Positions 60,913 through 64,000 of a stretch of 64,000 nucleotides of DNA are shown piece after piece; the stretch's first letter is position 1, and each line of letters begins with the position of its first letter. Made by a program: the position numbers and the translations under genes. Under the pieces are notes generated by a model that made no database searches, was not told the origin of the DNA, and saw nothing but the letters and a program-made list of their open reading frames with translations. The stretch comes from Squalus acanthias (Eukaryota). Where the stretch lies: the NCBI GenBank assembly GCA_030390025.1, contig CM059431.1:155498001-155562000 (forward strand). The letters run 5' to 3'.

Positions 60913-62246
60913 CACACTGTTACTGTACTTCAGTAACAAGAGCGATACTGATAATGAGGCAAAGCATCAAATTACATGGTCAAGTGAGCCTCCCGTTACC
61001 CTGACACCTCCCTTAATGATTCACTTTCCAATGAAGAGCAACAGATTTTGTCCGCAGCAGATTTTAAAAATATATATTCTAAAGTGATAAATTGGTATAT
61101 TATTACGCATTGGATAAACTCAGGCAGACTCTTGCACTTATTTGAAAGTTGCATTGAGGTTACCTTAAACGAGCACTTTTTGTGCTGAATACAAGTGTTT
61201 GCAAGTGTGTGGTGGTTCCTCGCAGGAGTCAGTCTGGGGCCACTTATGGTTCTATTACAAATTTTAATATAGATCTTGTTCAATACTTGCAGATGGTGTA
61301 AAAAATAAATATTTATAACTTTCCTAACGTGATATATATTTACTATTTATGAAATTGAAAATTTGGTGTTCTAAAAATGACATATGAAATCAAGGTCTGT
61401 GTCAGTTAATAAATACTTGTAAAATATCAGCTGTAATTGCACACTGAATTGAGGTAGATTCGGTGCTGTGGCGGAGCTGAGAGATGAAAGGGTACACGTT
61501 CAAAGGATATAAAAGGCAGCACCTCAGGTTGTTAAGACCGTAGAAAATGGACTGTAGTCTAGGTTTAATTTCAAGACTTATAGAATAAACAATTTCAGTT
61601 AGTAATGTATTTATATAAATACTTCGTAAGACTTCCATTTGAGTAGTGTATGCACAATCAAACTGTAGTCTTCAATAAGGATATTCAGGTCTACAGAGCG
61701 TCAAATCAGATTGACTGGTATGCTAACTGATATCAACTAAACAGATACAAATGAAGACTTGGAAAGCTCCTTTTTCTCATTAGAACCGCACATATTAAGA
61801 GTGATGTGATAGATCTTTTTAAAATTATGAACGGTTGAGACAAAATAGATGGAAGCTGGCTATTTTGATTAGCTGATGTATCACGAACAAAGGCGCCAAT
61901 TAAGTTAACGTTTAAATTTTCCCAATCCCACAATGAATTGAAGACACTCCCAAACATTTAAAATACGGATTACCTCAAAAGGTGAAATTACAACACCACA
62001 ATTGAAGAAAACAGGCCGATGAACCAGCAATTTCACTTGTTTACCGAAACACATTTGCGGTTTAAGTTTCAGTAATTGAATCTCGGAGCCTGATAATCAT
62101 GAGTAGGAATATCCTGATCAAGGCAGAAGCTGTAACACATCAACTAGAGACTTTCTGCCGGAGAATATAATCATTGCTATTTTGTTCATAGGAAAATGAA
62201 CCGTGACAGCAATTGTACACAATCATGGCAATAAGGATTGGATTAG

Positions 62247-63870
62247 CATAAGAACATAAGACATAAGAACAGAAGAAAATAAAACATAAGACGTAGAAGC
62301 AGGAATAGGTCATTTGGCCCCTCGAGCCTGTACCGCCATTCAATAAGATCATGGATGATCTGATCTTGGCCTCAACTCCACTTCCCTGCCCGCTCCACAT
62401 AACCCTTCACTCCCTTAACTTTCAAAAATCTGTCTATCTCCACCTTAAATATATTCAATTACTCAGCCTCCACAGCTCTTTGGGGAAGAGAATTCCAAAG
62501 ATACACGACCCTCTGAGAGAGGAATTTCCTCCTCATTTCCGATTTAAAAGGGTGCCCCCTTATTCTGAAATAATGCCCCCTTGTTCTAGATTCCCCCACG
62601 AGGGGAAACATCCTCTCTGCCTCTACCCTTTCAAGCCCCTTCAGAATCTAATATGCTTCAATAAGATCCACATCATTCTTCTCAACTCCAATGAGTATAG
62701 GCCTAACCTGCTTAACCTTTCTTCATAAGATAACTCCTTCATCACCGGAATCAACCTCTTGAACCTTCTCTGAACTGCCTCCAACGCAACTAATTTCTTC
62801 CTTAAATAAGGAGACCAAAACTGTACGCAGTACTCCAGGAGTGGTCTCACCAACGCCCTGTGCAGTTGTAAGAGGACTTACCTACAATTATACTCCATTC
62901 CGTTTGCAATAAAGGCCAACACTCCATTTGCCTTCCTAATTAATTGCTGTGCATGCATGCTAACTTTTAGTGATTCATGTACAAGGACCGCTTCCGGTCG
63001 GTCTGTTCCTCAGCATTTCGTAAACTCTCTCCATTTTAATAATAATGGGCTTTTTTATTTTTCCTACCAAAGTGGAAAACCTCGCATTTTCCCACATTAA
63101 TCTCCATCTGCCAAATTTTTGCCCACTCACTTGGCCTATTTATATCCCTTTGGAGATTATTTTCGTCCTCCACACACTTTTCTTTCCCACCTATCTTTGT
63201 ATCATCAGCAAATTTGGCTACATTATACTAGGTACCTTCATCCAACTCATTAATATAGATTGTAACCAGTTGAGGCCCCAGCACTGATACCTGAGGCACA
63301 CCGCTTGCTAAAGTTTGACAAACTGAAAATGGCCCATTTATCCCGAATCTCTATTTTCTGTTTGTTAGCCAATCCATGCTAATATATTACCTCAAGCTCT
63401 GATTTTGTGTAGTGGCAACTTTCTGGTAATCCAAATACACGACATCTACTGGTTCCCCTTTATCCACCCTGCTCGTTACTTCCTCAAAGAACTGCAGCGA
63501 ATTTGTCAAACATGATTTCCCTTTCATAAACCATGCTGACTCTGCTTGATTATATTGTGATTTTCTAAATGTCCTGCTATCACTTCCTTAATGACGGATT
63601 CCAACATTTTCCCATTGACCGATATTAGGCTAACTGATCGAAAGTTGCCTGCTTACTGTCTCCCTCCTTTCTTAAATAGGGGCGTTACATTTGCGGATTT
63701 CCAGTCCGCTGGGACCTCTACAGAACCAGGGAAATTTGGTCGGAAATGGGAGTAGCAGTAGCCCATTTGGCACTTCGTGCCTGTTTCGCCATTCAATGAG
63801 ATCATGGCAGATCTTGCACCTCATCGCCACTTTCCTGCACTATCCCCATATCCCTTGATTCCCTTAATAT
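62247..63870 (-). mobile_element. 5'-truncated decayed CR1 (RT to 3' tail) plus a further tail fragment
   Basis: MVRPLLEYCVQFWSPYL; (cataagaa)n tail at 62247-62290. Confidence 0.88.
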
Positions 63871-64000
63871 AAAGGGCCTCATACCGAGATTACCAGGACC
63901 GGGATTCGAATGTAGTTAATTTGCACAGAGATGGAATCTGGACAAAGAAGCAGCTAGATATCGACATTTAAGATAATTCAAAACAGTTAAAGTTTCAGTT

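Overview
Repeat-dense vertebrate genomic DNA, most likely from a cartilaginous fish (inferred from the CR1, Penelope and SINE families and from the NLR type). It is not prokaryotic and has no CRISPR, rRNA or tRNA genes. The one convincing host gene is a + strand NLR immune receptor whose 5' end lies upstream of the window. I reconstruct 7 phase-compatible exons (6224-6422, 7486-7655, 14747-14945, 19706-21425, 22937-23023, 23299-23490, 23737-23824; 884 aa in-window). They encode tandem CARD/death-fold-like modules made by an intragenic duplication, a FISNA-like region, a NACHT domain with a non-canonical Walker B (DDLDQ) and a very short LRR. The ORF track shows only part of the NACHT exon. A second, decayed NLR at about 55.5-57.2 kb has its Walker B-sensor 1 block displaced and inverted. 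The rest is transposon-derived. It includes one apparently intact CR1 LINE with four identical 76-bp 5' monomers (42.5-47.2 kb), a CR1 with an in-frame esterase-RT fusion lacking the endonuclease, and several decayed or nested CR1/L2-type copies. There is also a decayed Penelope element with solo palindromic hammerhead-ribozyme-like derivatives, a hairpin-rich MITE-like family and a 4.6-kb degenerate satellite.
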